A stretch of DNA of 52,057 nt from Candidatus Eiseniibacteriota bacterium (lineage in GTDB: Bacteria; Eisenbacteria; RBG-16-71-46): NCBI GenBank assembly GCA_041492985.1, contig JBGPXY010000001.1, positions 1 through 52,057 on the forward strand. The letters are read 5' to 3'. A program made the translations under genes and the position numbers. Shown here in pieces: positions 25,953-34,084 of the stretch. Every line of letters starts with the position of its first letter. The first letter of the stretch is position 1. Below the pieces are notes generated by a model, which was not told where the DNA came from, made no database searches, and worked only from the letters and a program-made list of their open reading frames with translations.

Positions 25953-26171
25953 TCATGACCACACCGGGCGCATCACGTCTTCGAAGCGGGGATCTCGGCG
26001 CACCATGTCCCAGAAGGACGTGACGCGCGACCACAGGATGAGCGGATCGCGCTCGACCACCGCCCGCTCCACCCGGTGGATGGGTTCGTCGGGGAGTCCG
26101 GCCGCCGCGGGCGGCAGCGCCCAGTCGGGTTCGCGCTCGAGGTTTCTCGCGAGCAAGGTGCTCCGGCCCAC
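25953..26171 (-). pseudogene. Possible relic of a TPR-type C-terminal tail (ERDPLILW....DMVRRDPRFEDVMR)
   Basis: 72-aa ORF immediately downstream of the kinase-TolB gene. It resembles the ...ERDP.L.WL..DP.FD.LR.DPRF..LLRR tails common in kinase/cyclase-TPR proteins. It could also be a spurious ORF. Confidence 0.3.
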
Positions 26172-26264
26172 CCCGGGATGGGCACCGCTAGCTTCTCCAG
26201 ATCCCCGCCAGCGGGACGACCGCTCTCCTGCTCCCGCTCGATGCCGAACGAGGCGGAACCAGAG

Positions 26265-28982
26265 TCACTTCCGCTCTCCCTGCCTCTCGCCCATTCGCGC
26301 CTTCAGCCGCTTCGCCCAGCCCAGCGACAGCGCGATCTCGCGCCGCTCGGCCACGCCACGCGGCGGGCGGGTGAACAGGAACCGGTCGCTGATCGGATCG
26401 TAGTCGTAGTCGCGGAACGCGATCTCGGTGGCCGCCGGGGGGACCTCGAACAGCGCTTCGGGCTGTCCGATCGCAGGGCCGCCGCCGCGCGCGTCAATGG
26501 GCACGCGCATCAGGATCTCACCGCTGACTTCGAACAGCTCACGCCCCGCCCGACCCCAGCGTATGGCGCCGGCCCCGCCGGTCGAGAGTTGCCAACTCCC
26601 TGCGCTCCCGTCCAGCCGGCGCAGGCAGACCTCCTCGCGTCGGGTCTTGTTCGTGACGTAGGCCAGCCACCCGCCGTCGGGAGACACCCTGCCGGCCAAC
26701 TCGTAGCCGTCGCCCTCGATGCGGATCTCCCGGGACGGGACGTCGCCGTCCGCCGCGGCAATGTGGATGCGGCCCGTGCGCTGCCCGTAGTCACAGTAGA
26801 CGACTCCGCGGCCGTCAGGGGTGACGTCGGTCACGATCAGCGGGTGCGGGGCGCGCGCCCGCTCGCGCTCGCCACCCGCGCCGTCCAGGCGGCGCACCAC
26901 CACCACCTCGCTTCCTGCGGAATCCCTCCTGGTGTACGCGATCCGCACACCGTCGGGAAACCAGGCTCCGGGACCGCTGCGGCCGCCGTAGGTGAGGCGG
27001 TTGATCGCGCCGCTGCGGAGATCGGCGAGCCACAGGTCGGTCGCCCCGCCCCCGGGGCCCGCCGCGATCAGGGCGCGCGCGCCATCGGGTGAGATGCGCA
27101 GCTGGGTATAGGGCCCGGCGGGGATCGCGGTCGGTGTCCAGCGACCCGACCGGTCCATCCACCCCACCTCGCGCGTCACCTCGCGTTCTCCGCCGGGGAG
27201 CCAAGCGATCGTCCCGTCGTCGGCGATGCCGAAGAATGATGCTCCGCTCGACGCGTCGCCGCTCACCCCGGCGAGCACCGGCACCGGATCCTGCGTGATG
27301 CGGGGGTCGCGGGGGTCGATGCGGGCGGCATAGAGGTCGGTGCCCCGGGCCAGGAGGACATACCCGCCAGGGGCCCAGGCGGCGCGCCGCGCGCCCTTGT
27401 AGAGATGACGGCGCTCCCCGGTGCGCACGTTGACTGCGTCGATGCCGGCGTCGTCGTAGCCTCCGGGGCTGTCCACGGTCTGCACGGTGAACACCACCCA
27501 CGGCCCGCCGTCGAGCGCGCATGGGAACCGGTGCGTCCGCTCCCGCCTCGTGGTGTCGAGGGCGGTGATGGCGACCGGCGTGCCTCCGCTCTCCGGGATC
27601 CGGTAGAGCGGCTCCGTGGTCTCGCGCGAATACACGATCGTGCCGTCGTCGAGCCACGTGCCGAGCCTGTCCTGAAGCGCGTCGGCGAGCTCGACCGGGG
27701 TGCCGCCGCGAACCGAGACCTTGCACATCTTGCGGGTGTCGAAGAACCCGATCCATTGGCCGTCGCGCGAGAAGAACATGTTGCGCGCCCCGTCGGCGCC
27801 CGGGATCTCAATGTCTTCGCGCGCATCCAGCCGGCGCAGGCGCAGTTTCAGCACGCCCCCGATGCGCACCGTGTAGGCGATCGCCCGGCCGTCGGGAGCG
27901 ATGGCCATGGGGTGATAGCTGATGTCCTCGGCCACGCGCTGCCCCCCGGCGGGCACGATGCTCAACTCGGTCGCGGAGGGCGCGGGCGGCGGCATGCGCC
28001 ACAGCGAGACGGCGAGGGCGACCACGGCGGCCGCGGCGAGAAGCCAGGGAATGAGCGCGGCGCGACGCGCGGGTGCCGGCCCCGTCGCGGCGCCCGCCTC
28101 GGGCAGGGTGTCCCCGGGGTTGGCCGCCAGGTCCTCGAGCGCGATGCGCGCCTCACCGATCGCCTGCAGGCGCCGCCGCGGGTCCTTGGCCAGGCAGCGC
28201 ACGAGCAGCCGTCGCCAGCGCGGGGAGAGTCCGGACGGTAGCGCCGACCAGTCGGGCTCGTCGCGCATCACCGAGGCGAGCGTGTCGGAAATGGTGTCGC
28301 CCACGAAGGCGTGGCGCCCGGTGAGCATCTCGTAGACGACGGCGCCGAATGCCCACACGTCGGCGCGGCGGTCGGCCTCGCGCCCGCGCGCCTGCTCAGG
28401 CGACATATAGGCGGCGGTCCCCAGGATCACTCCCTCGTGGGTCATCCGCTGGGTGAGGGTCGGCGATTGGCTGAGCTCGGCGGTCGAGCCGCTCGCATCG
28501 GTCGCAAGTGCGCGGGCGAGACCGAAGTCCAGTACCTTGACCGTGCCGTCGGGCCGGAGCTTCACGTTGGCGGGCTTGAGGTCCCGGTGCACGATGCCGC
28601 GCTCGTGCGCGTACTCGAGCGCCTCGGCCAGCTGCCGCGCGATGGGCAGGGCGTCGGCGGTGGCGAGCGCCCCCGAATGGATGCGCTCGGCGAGCGTTTG
28701 CCCTTCCACCAACTCCATGACGAGCGCGTGCGAGCCGCCTGCCTCCTCGACCCCGAAGATCGATGCGATCCCGGCGTGGCTCAAGGCCGCCAGCAGCCGG
28801 GCCTCGCGCTCGAAGCGGGCGAGGCGCTCGGCGTCGCCCGCCAGGGCATCGGGCAGCACCTTGATCGCCACCTCGCGCCCGAGGCGCGGGTCGCGCGCGC
28901 GGTACACCTCCCCCATCCCGCCCGCGCCGAGCGGGGCGACGATCTCGTAGGGGCCGAGGCGAGTGCCGGGGGTGAGTGGCAT
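26265..28982 (-). CDS. Ser/Thr protein kinase with one TM helix and a periplasmic TolB-like/WD40-like beta-propeller region
   Basis: 905 aa. Kinase motifs GAGGMGEVY, HRDLKPAN, DFG, SPEQ. A TM helix lies around ALIPWLLAAAAVVALAV. Repeated SPDG/APDG...Y propeller blades. Confidence 0.9.
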   Translation of the reverse strand: MPLTPGTRLGPYEIVAPLGAGGMGEVYRARDPRLGREVAIKVLPDALAGDAERLARFEREARLLAALSHAGIASIFGVEEAGGSHALVMELVEGQTLAERIHSGALATADALPIARQLAEALEYAHERGIVHRDLKPANVKLRPDGTVKVLDFGLARALATDASGSTAELSQSPTLTQRMTHEGVILGTAAYMSPEQARGREADRRADVWAFGAVVYEMLTGRHAFVGDTISDTLASVMRDEPDWSALPSGLSPRWRRLLVRCLAKDPRRRLQAIGEARIALEDLAANPGDTLPEAGAATGPAPARRAALIPWLLAAAAVVALAVSLWRMPPPAPSATELSIVPAGGQRVAEDISYHPMAIAPDGRAIAYTVRIGGVLKLRLRRLDAREDIEIPGADGARNMFFSRDGQWIGFFDTRKMCKVSVRGGTPVELADALQDRLGTWLDDGTIVYSRETTEPLYRIPESGGTPVAITALDTTRRERTHRFPCALDGGPWVVFTVQTVDSPGGYDDAGIDAVNVRTGERRHLYKGARRAAWAPGGYVLLARGTDLYAARIDPRDPRITQDPVPVLAGVSGDASSGASFFGIADDGTIAWLPGGEREVTREVGWMDRSGRWTPTAIPAGPYTQLRISPDGARALIAAGPGGGATDLWLADLRSGAINRLTYGGRSGPGAWFPDGVRIAYTRRDSAGSEVVVVRRLDGAGGERERARAPHPLIVTDVTPDGRGVVYCDYGQRTGRIHIAAADGDVPSREIRIEGDGYELAGRVSPDGGWLAYVTNKTRREEVCLRRLDGSAGSWQLSTGGAGAIRWGRAGRELFEVSGEILMRVPIDARGGGPAIGQPEALFEVPPAATEIAFRDYDYDPISDRFLFTRPPRGVAERREIALSLGWAKRLKARMGERQGERK

Positions 28983-29065
28983 CGGTGGAATCTACAGCAT
29001 GACCGTCCTTTCCTCCGATGAAGCGCCGGCTGCGTTCTGGCCGAGGTTCAGCTGGCTAATGCCTC

Positions 29066-29217
29066 CCATCGGTGGCCACCGTTGGCCACCCTTGAGACGA
29101 CGCCCCAGAGGACTCAACCCTCTGGGGCGTCGCGCATTGTATTGCCGCGGACCTGCTTGCAGACTCGGTCTCGTAAGTGACGTGTTTTCGAGGTCCCGCG
29201 TTTGCAGACCCTCGCCT
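29066..29217 (+). repeat. Intergenic module, diverged copy D, ending in a 17-nt tRNA-Cys fragment
   Basis: Same geometry as copies B and C. Decamers CGGTGGCCAC/CGTTGGCCAC at 29070-29089. Hairpin 1 CCCCAGAGG-ACTCAAC-CCTCTGGGG at 29103-29127. Hairpin 2 at 29149-29196. TTTGCAGACCCTCGCCT at 29201-29217. Confidence 0.55.
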
Positions 29218-29265
29218 GACCACACGAGGGACGAGGCCGGCGCGCCTGGAGGCGAAGGGCCCGAG

Positions 29266-29481
29266 CTACGCGCGACGCTTCGTAGGTGTTTGGGTCGACC
29301 AGCCGAAGCGACGGTAGACCGGGCAATGTCCGTTGTGCGAAGTGACGACCATCATCGTCGCGATCGACATTGGGATGAAGGCCCAGAGTCCCTTCGCCAG
29401 CCCGAGCGCCACAATCCAGAACATCGCCGAGGCGATCGACAGGCGCAACATGCGATCCATGGAGCCAAGGTTCGTCATCAT
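29266..29481 (-). CDS. DUF2892 (YgaP-like) small membrane protein
   Basis: 71 aa from MMTNLGSMDRMLR with RBS AAGGAGGG. Two TM helices and the C-terminal GHCPVYRRFGWST motif typical of DUF2892. Confidence 0.7.
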   Translation of the reverse strand: MMTNLGSMDRMLRLSIASAMFWIVALGLAKGLWAFIPMSIATMMVVTSHNGHCPVYRRFGWSTQTPTKRRA

Positions 29482-29678
29482 GAGCCCCTCCTTGGGTCTC
29501 TTCGGTCCCCCCGCCTGGCGGACCCATCGAGACCGTCGCCCCCGGCCTATTGCATGGCCCAGGCCGAAAGGGTCAGTCTTCGTCGTACTCCTTGAGGCGC
29601 AGCAGGTTGGCGACCCAGGATCGGGGCAGAATGAAAGACCGGATCGCCTGCGAGGCGTCAATTTTCTCGCCGCTACCC

Positions 29679-30047
29679 CTACGCACGGACCGGTTCACGA
29701 CCCACTAGTTGCGGAACCCTTGCTCCCATGACGGCAAGCCAGATGACGATCACGTAGCTCATCCACGTGCCGAGCGGTATCGCCAGGGCCACGCCCAGCA
29801 CCTGCAGCGTCCAGCGCGCGAGCCACCGGGGCAATCGCTTCGGCCATGGCTCGAACAGGCCGAACGCCAGCATCACGAAGAGACCGGTGAACACCGTGCG
29901 GGTGGGCAAGGACAGCAGCCCGGACTCCCAGCCGAAGCTGATCATCAGGCCGAAGACAATCGCATTGGACGGCGTGAACCGCACGCGCCCCCAGCCCAGC
30001 ATCAACGCCATGCCACGCGGCTTTGAAGGAACGGCGGTTGCGCTCAT
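29679..30047 (-). CDS. Hypothetical polytopic membrane protein (possibly the truncated N-terminal sensor part of a larger protein)
   Basis: 122 aa with 3-4 hydrophobic helices. No catalytic motif was recognised. Confidence 0.4.
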   Translation of the reverse strand: MSATAVPSKPRGMALMLGWGRVRFTPSNAIVFGLMISFGWESGLLSLPTRTVFTGLFVMLAFGLFEPWPKRLPRWLARWTLQVLGVALAIPLGTWMSYVIVIWLAVMGARVPQLVGREPVRA

Positions 30048-30281
30048 GGCATGAGGATGATCCAGCCGGGCGGCGGGCGCGGCGAGAGCTGGACGACTTC
30101 ACGACGGATCGGTCGAGCGGGCTCGATCGCAGGCTAGCGGCGGGCCAGTGAATCGCTCGCTGGCTACCCCTTCAGAAATGCATCGGCCGCCAAGCGCGTG
30201 GCGATCGATGCTTGAGTATCCTGACTATCGTGGCTAACCTGCCCCCGGGATTCAGGCGTCCACCAGGGCAGCCAACCGACC

Positions 30282-31007
30282 ATGATCCTACGTTTCGCAT
30301 GCGCGCTGGCGGTGATGTCCGCCGCGACGGTGCTGGCCGCCGGCTGCCGGGAGGGGCGTGATGCCGCTCAACTGGAGAGCGGAGGTCAGGCCTTTCTCGC
30401 CCAGTGTGCCGTGTGTCACGGTGTGCGAGGCGCGGGCGACGGACCGCTGGCCTCCTCCATTGCCGCCGAGGGCAAGACCACGCCAGCGGTGCTCGACAGC
30501 GCGCGAGTGGCTTTGCTCGGCCGGGCGGGCGTGCGGCGGGCGATCGAGACCGGAGCCCACGAACTCCCCGGCTCGCCGATGCCCGTCTGGGGACCTCACC
30601 TGGGCCCCGAGTGGATGGATCGCATCGCCGACTACGTGGTCGCCATGCCGCCGGCCGGCGAGGTCGGCCGGGACATGATCGAGCGCTACCTGGCTGCGCC
30701 CGCGGGATCGCCGCCGTCCGGTCGGCAGGTCTATGTGACGTACTGCTCGAGCTGCCACGGGCCGTACGGCGGTGGCGATGGGTTCTTCTCGTCCGCGCTC
30801 GCATCGAAGCTCAAGCCGCCCGGCCTGCGCGGTGCGGCGCTCTCCGGGCTCGACGACGCCGAGCTCTCACGCCTGATCAGCATCGGCGGCGCACACGCCC
30901 CGTACGCGGTGACCATGCCGGGCTGGCTATACACGCTCTCGCCGGCCAACCGTCGGGCGCTTGTGGGGTACCTGCGCGCTCTCGCGGGGGCGGCCGAACG
31001 CGATTGA
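30282..31007 (+). CDS. Diheme class-I c-type cytochrome (c4-like), lipoprotein
   Basis: Lipobox VLAAGC. Two heme motifs, CAVCHG and CSSCHG, each followed by GDG and a distal Met region (MPVWG, MPGW). Confidence 0.8.
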   Translation: MILRFACALAVMSAATVLAAGCREGRDAAQLESGGQAFLAQCAVCHGVRGAGDGPLASSIAAEGKTTPAVLDSARVALLGRAGVRRAIETGAHELPGSPMPVWGPHLGPEWMDRIADYVVAMPPAGEVGRDMIERYLAAPAGSPPSGRQVYVTYCSSCHGPYGGGDGFFSSALASKLKPPGLRGAALSGLDDAELSRLISIGGAHAPYAVTMPGWLYTLSPANRRALVGYLRALAGAAERD

Positions 31008-31266
31008 GCCATTGAGATCGTCCTGGCACAGACCAGGAGGACGATTGTGCGACGACAAGCTCGCATCCTGCCCCCAGCTGGCCTCAACCTGTTCCTGGCC
31101 TCCTCGCGGTTCAACAAGCCACTGCCGCAGCTCTACCGCCATGGCCGAGAGTAGAAAGTCGCTGGGCGGAGCCTCCCGAGCGAGGTAGCCTTGATGATGA
31201 AACGAGGTCGCGGCTAGGCTGCCGCGTCCGCCGCCACCCGGCTCGAACGCACGATGGAAGAGGCTC

Positions 31267-34005
31267 ATGAGAAGCGTACGTTGGACGCGCGCAACGCTCC
31301 TGTTCCTTATGGGCCTCCTGGCCCTGATTCCCCCGTTGGCTGAGTCGCACCGTGACGCCTTGAGGGCCCATCCATCGGGAAGGATCCCGGCTTCGCTCGG
31401 CACCGAAGACGATCCGGACGCCCAGGCCGAGATGGAATTCTCGATGCTCCGCGATCCGAGAACCAATGCGATTCCTCTGGACATCCGCAGGCGGGAGGCG
31501 GTCTTCGCGCGAAGCCTTCCGGATCGGAGGGCGCTGAACCTCCAGAACGAAGGGGAAGGCGCGACCAGCACCGAGGCGCTCACCTGGACCGAGCGGGGCC
31601 CGAACAACGTGGGTGGGCGCACGCGGGCCTTCGCCATCGATGTGGCCAACTCGAGGACGCTGCTCGCCGGCAGCGTGGCCGGTGGCATCTGGAAATCGAT
31701 CGATGACGGTGGCTCCTGGTCACTCCGAACCGCCCCGGCGCAGCTTCACGGGACGACCTGCATCACCCAGGACAAGCGGACCGGGAAGACCAACCTCTGG
31801 TATGTCGGCACGGGCGAGATCCGTGGCTCGACCACCAACGACACCCGATGGGGATCGCTCTACCGGGGCGATGGCGTCTTCAAGTCCATCGACAACGGAG
31901 ACTCGTGGACCCTTCTGCCCTCGACCTCCTCCGGCACTCCGCAGACGACGGATGACTTCGACTTCGTGATCGACGTGGCGACCAATCCGGCCAATGCGAT
32001 CCAGGACGAAGTGTTCGCGGCGACCCACAATGGCATCTACCGAACCCTTGACGGCGGGAACACGTGGACGAAACCACTGCCCTCCGACTCGGGGTTCACC
32101 GACGTGGCGGTCACCTCCACCGGTGTCACCTACGCATGCACCAGGACGGGCGTTCTCCCCCGGATCTGGCGATCCCCCGACGGTGTGACCTGGACGAACA
32201 TCCTTCCCGCCACCTTCCCCACCACCGCGAACCGGATCGTCATCGCCCTGGCGCCGTCCAATCCCAACGCCCTCTATTTCTTCGTGCAGGGCGCGAACAA
32301 CACTCCGGGCATCGCGGGCCATCAGATCTGGAAGTACAACTACGTCTCCGGAAGCGGCGCCGGGGCCGGCGGGACCTGGGTAAACCGAGGCGGCAACCTG
32401 CCGTCGGACATCAACACGCAGACCGGCTACGACATGATCGCTCACGTCAAGCCGGACGACGAGAACTTCGTCGTGATCGGGGGCACAAACCTCTACCGCT
32501 CGACCGACGGCTTCGCGACCAGCGCGGCCACCACGACGATCGGCGGCTATCCCTTCTATCCGGACTTGAATCATCATCCCGATCTGCATGCCGCTGCGTT
32601 CGTGAGCTCCGCCCCGAGCGTGTACTACTCGGCAGGCGACGGCGGCATTGCCAAGGCTGCGGACATCACGATCGCGAGCATGGTATGGACGAGCCTGAAC
32701 CACGGTTACAACGTGACCCAGTTCTATTCGGTGTCGATCGCCCCTGAGAGCGGCAGCGACCTGATCATGGCGGGCGCTCAGGACAACGGCACGCGGTTGG
32801 GCAACGCGCCGGGCGCCTCCGATTGGATCATGGCTTTCGGCGGGGACGGCACGGTGGTGAAGGTGGCGCCGGTCGCGGACGACCGGCTCTACACGCAGTA
32901 CCAGGGCGGCCAGATGCAGCGGCAGAACCGGGACGGCTCGAATCTCCTGGACATCACTCCCTCGGGCGCCATGAACCAGCTGTTCGTGACCCCGATCGTC
33001 CTGGACCCCAACAACTCGGCGCTGCTCTACTACCCGGCCGGAATCTCCGCATCCACCAGCAGGATCTGGCGCAATGACTCGGCACCGAACGCGACGACGA
33101 CGACCGGATGGACATCGCTAGCCGCGACCGAGGTGGGCGCGGGCACGGGCTACGTCCGGCGGATCACCGCGCTCGGGATCTCGACTGCGGGCGGTCCGAG
33201 CGTGCTGTATTACGGAACGGTCGACGGGCTGGTGATGCGGGCCGACAACGCCAACACGGCGACCCCGACTGTGACGAACATCACCCCGCCCGGACTGCTC
33301 GGGGGCACGGCCTCGGGAGGGTTCGTCCGGTGCATCGCCGTGGACCCGACGAACTCGAACAAGGCGCTGGTGGCGTTCGGGAATTACAACTTCCCGAGCC
33401 TCTGGTACACCACCAATGGCGGCGCGAGCTGGACGGACGTGGAAGGCAATCTGGCTGGACCGTCGGGGCCGTCCGTACGTTGGGCTTCGATGTTCTACGT
33501 CGGCGGGACGCTGCAGGTGTTCCTGGGCACGAGCATCGGCGTCCTCTCGACGACGGCGCTTGCAGGGGGCGCGACCGTCTGGGTTCAGGAGGGCGGCACG
33601 ACGATCGGCAACATCATCGTCGGATACATGGACTATCGTCCAACGGACAGGACGCTCGCGATCGGGACTCATGCGAGGGGCGTGTTCACGACCTCGTTCC
33701 TCTCGCCGGTGGCAGTGGGCGATGGGAGCACCGTCCGTCACGAGCGTGTGGCGCTGAGCCAGAGCTACCCGAATCCCACGCACCGGGCGGCGACCATCGC
33801 CTACGAACTTCCCCGTGCGGATCACGTCTCGCTGAGGGTGTACGACGTGAGCGGCAGGGAGGTGGCGACGCTGGTGAATGAGCGACAGGGTCGCGGCCGG
33901 CACGAGGCGCGCTTCACCGCGGGGCGCCTGCCGGGCGGCCTGTACTACTACGTGCTGAAGTCGGGTGGCGCCACCGAGACGAGGAAGCTGTCGTTGGTGA
34001 GGTAG
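31267..34005 (+). CDS. Secreted BNR/Asp-box (sortilin-Vps10 / glycoside-hydrolase-like) repeat protein with FlgD-Ig/T9SS-type C-terminal domain
   Basis: Carries a signal peptide. Repeated S/T-x-D-x-G-x-(T/S)-W boxes: SIDDGGSW, SIDNGDSW, TLDGGNTW, SPDGVTW, TTNGGASW. C-terminus PNPTHRAATIAYEL...VYDVSGREVATL...GLYYYVLKSGGATETRKLSLVR. Confidence 0.8.
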   Translation: MRSVRWTRATLLFLMGLLALIPPLAESHRDALRAHPSGRIPASLGTEDDPDAQAEMEFSMLRDPRTNAIPLDIRRREAVFARSLPDRRALNLQNEGEGATSTEALTWTERGPNNVGGRTRAFAIDVANSRTLLAGSVAGGIWKSIDDGGSWSLRTAPAQLHGTTCITQDKRTGKTNLWYVGTGEIRGSTTNDTRWGSLYRGDGVFKSIDNGDSWTLLPSTSSGTPQTTDDFDFVIDVATNPANAIQDEVFAATHNGIYRTLDGGNTWTKPLPSDSGFTDVAVTSTGVTYACTRTGVLPRIWRSPDGVTWTNILPATFPTTANRIVIALAPSNPNALYFFVQGANNTPGIAGHQIWKYNYVSGSGAGAGGTWVNRGGNLPSDINTQTGYDMIAHVKPDDENFVVIGGTNLYRSTDGFATSAATTTIGGYPFYPDLNHHPDLHAAAFVSSAPSVYYSAGDGGIAKAADITIASMVWTSLNHGYNVTQFYSVSIAPESGSDLIMAGAQDNGTRLGNAPGASDWIMAFGGDGTVVKVAPVADDRLYTQYQGGQMQRQNRDGSNLLDITPSGAMNQLFVTPIVLDPNNSALLYYPAGISASTSRIWRNDSAPNATTTTGWTSLAATEVGAGTGYVRRITALGISTAGGPSVLYYGTVDGLVMRADNANTATPTVTNITPPGLLGGTASGGFVRCIAVDPTNSNKALVAFGNYNFPSLWYTTNGGASWTDVEGNLAGPSGPSVRWASMFYVGGTLQVFLGTSIGVLSTTALAGGATVWVQEGGTTIGNIIVGYMDYRPTDRTLAIGTHARGVFTTSFLSPVAVGDGSTVRHERVALSQSYPNPTHRAATIAYELPRADHVSLRVYDVSGREVATLVNERQGRGRHEARFTAGRLPGGLYYYVLKSGGATETRKLSLVR

Positions 34006-34015
34006 GTGGCGGGTT

Positions 34016-34061
34016 GGGGCGGCGCGCCGGCCGGGTGTGAGAGCACCCTTCACGCCGCCCC
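34016..34061. terminator. Nested GC-rich stem-loop between convergent genes (possible bidirectional terminator)
   Basis: Outer stem GGGGCGGCG (34016-34024) pairs with CGCCGCCCC (34053-34061). Inner stem GGGTG (34033-34037) pairs with CACCC (34044-34048). There is no U-tract. Confidence 0.25.
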
Positions 34062-34084
34062 CCCCCGATCTCGGGGCCCACCGG

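Noticed and set aside
30172-30804. 210-aa minus-strand ORF overlapping the diheme cytochrome gene
   Set aside because: It is antisense to a gene with two clear CxxCH motifs and a lipobox, and its composition is Arg/Pro-rich.
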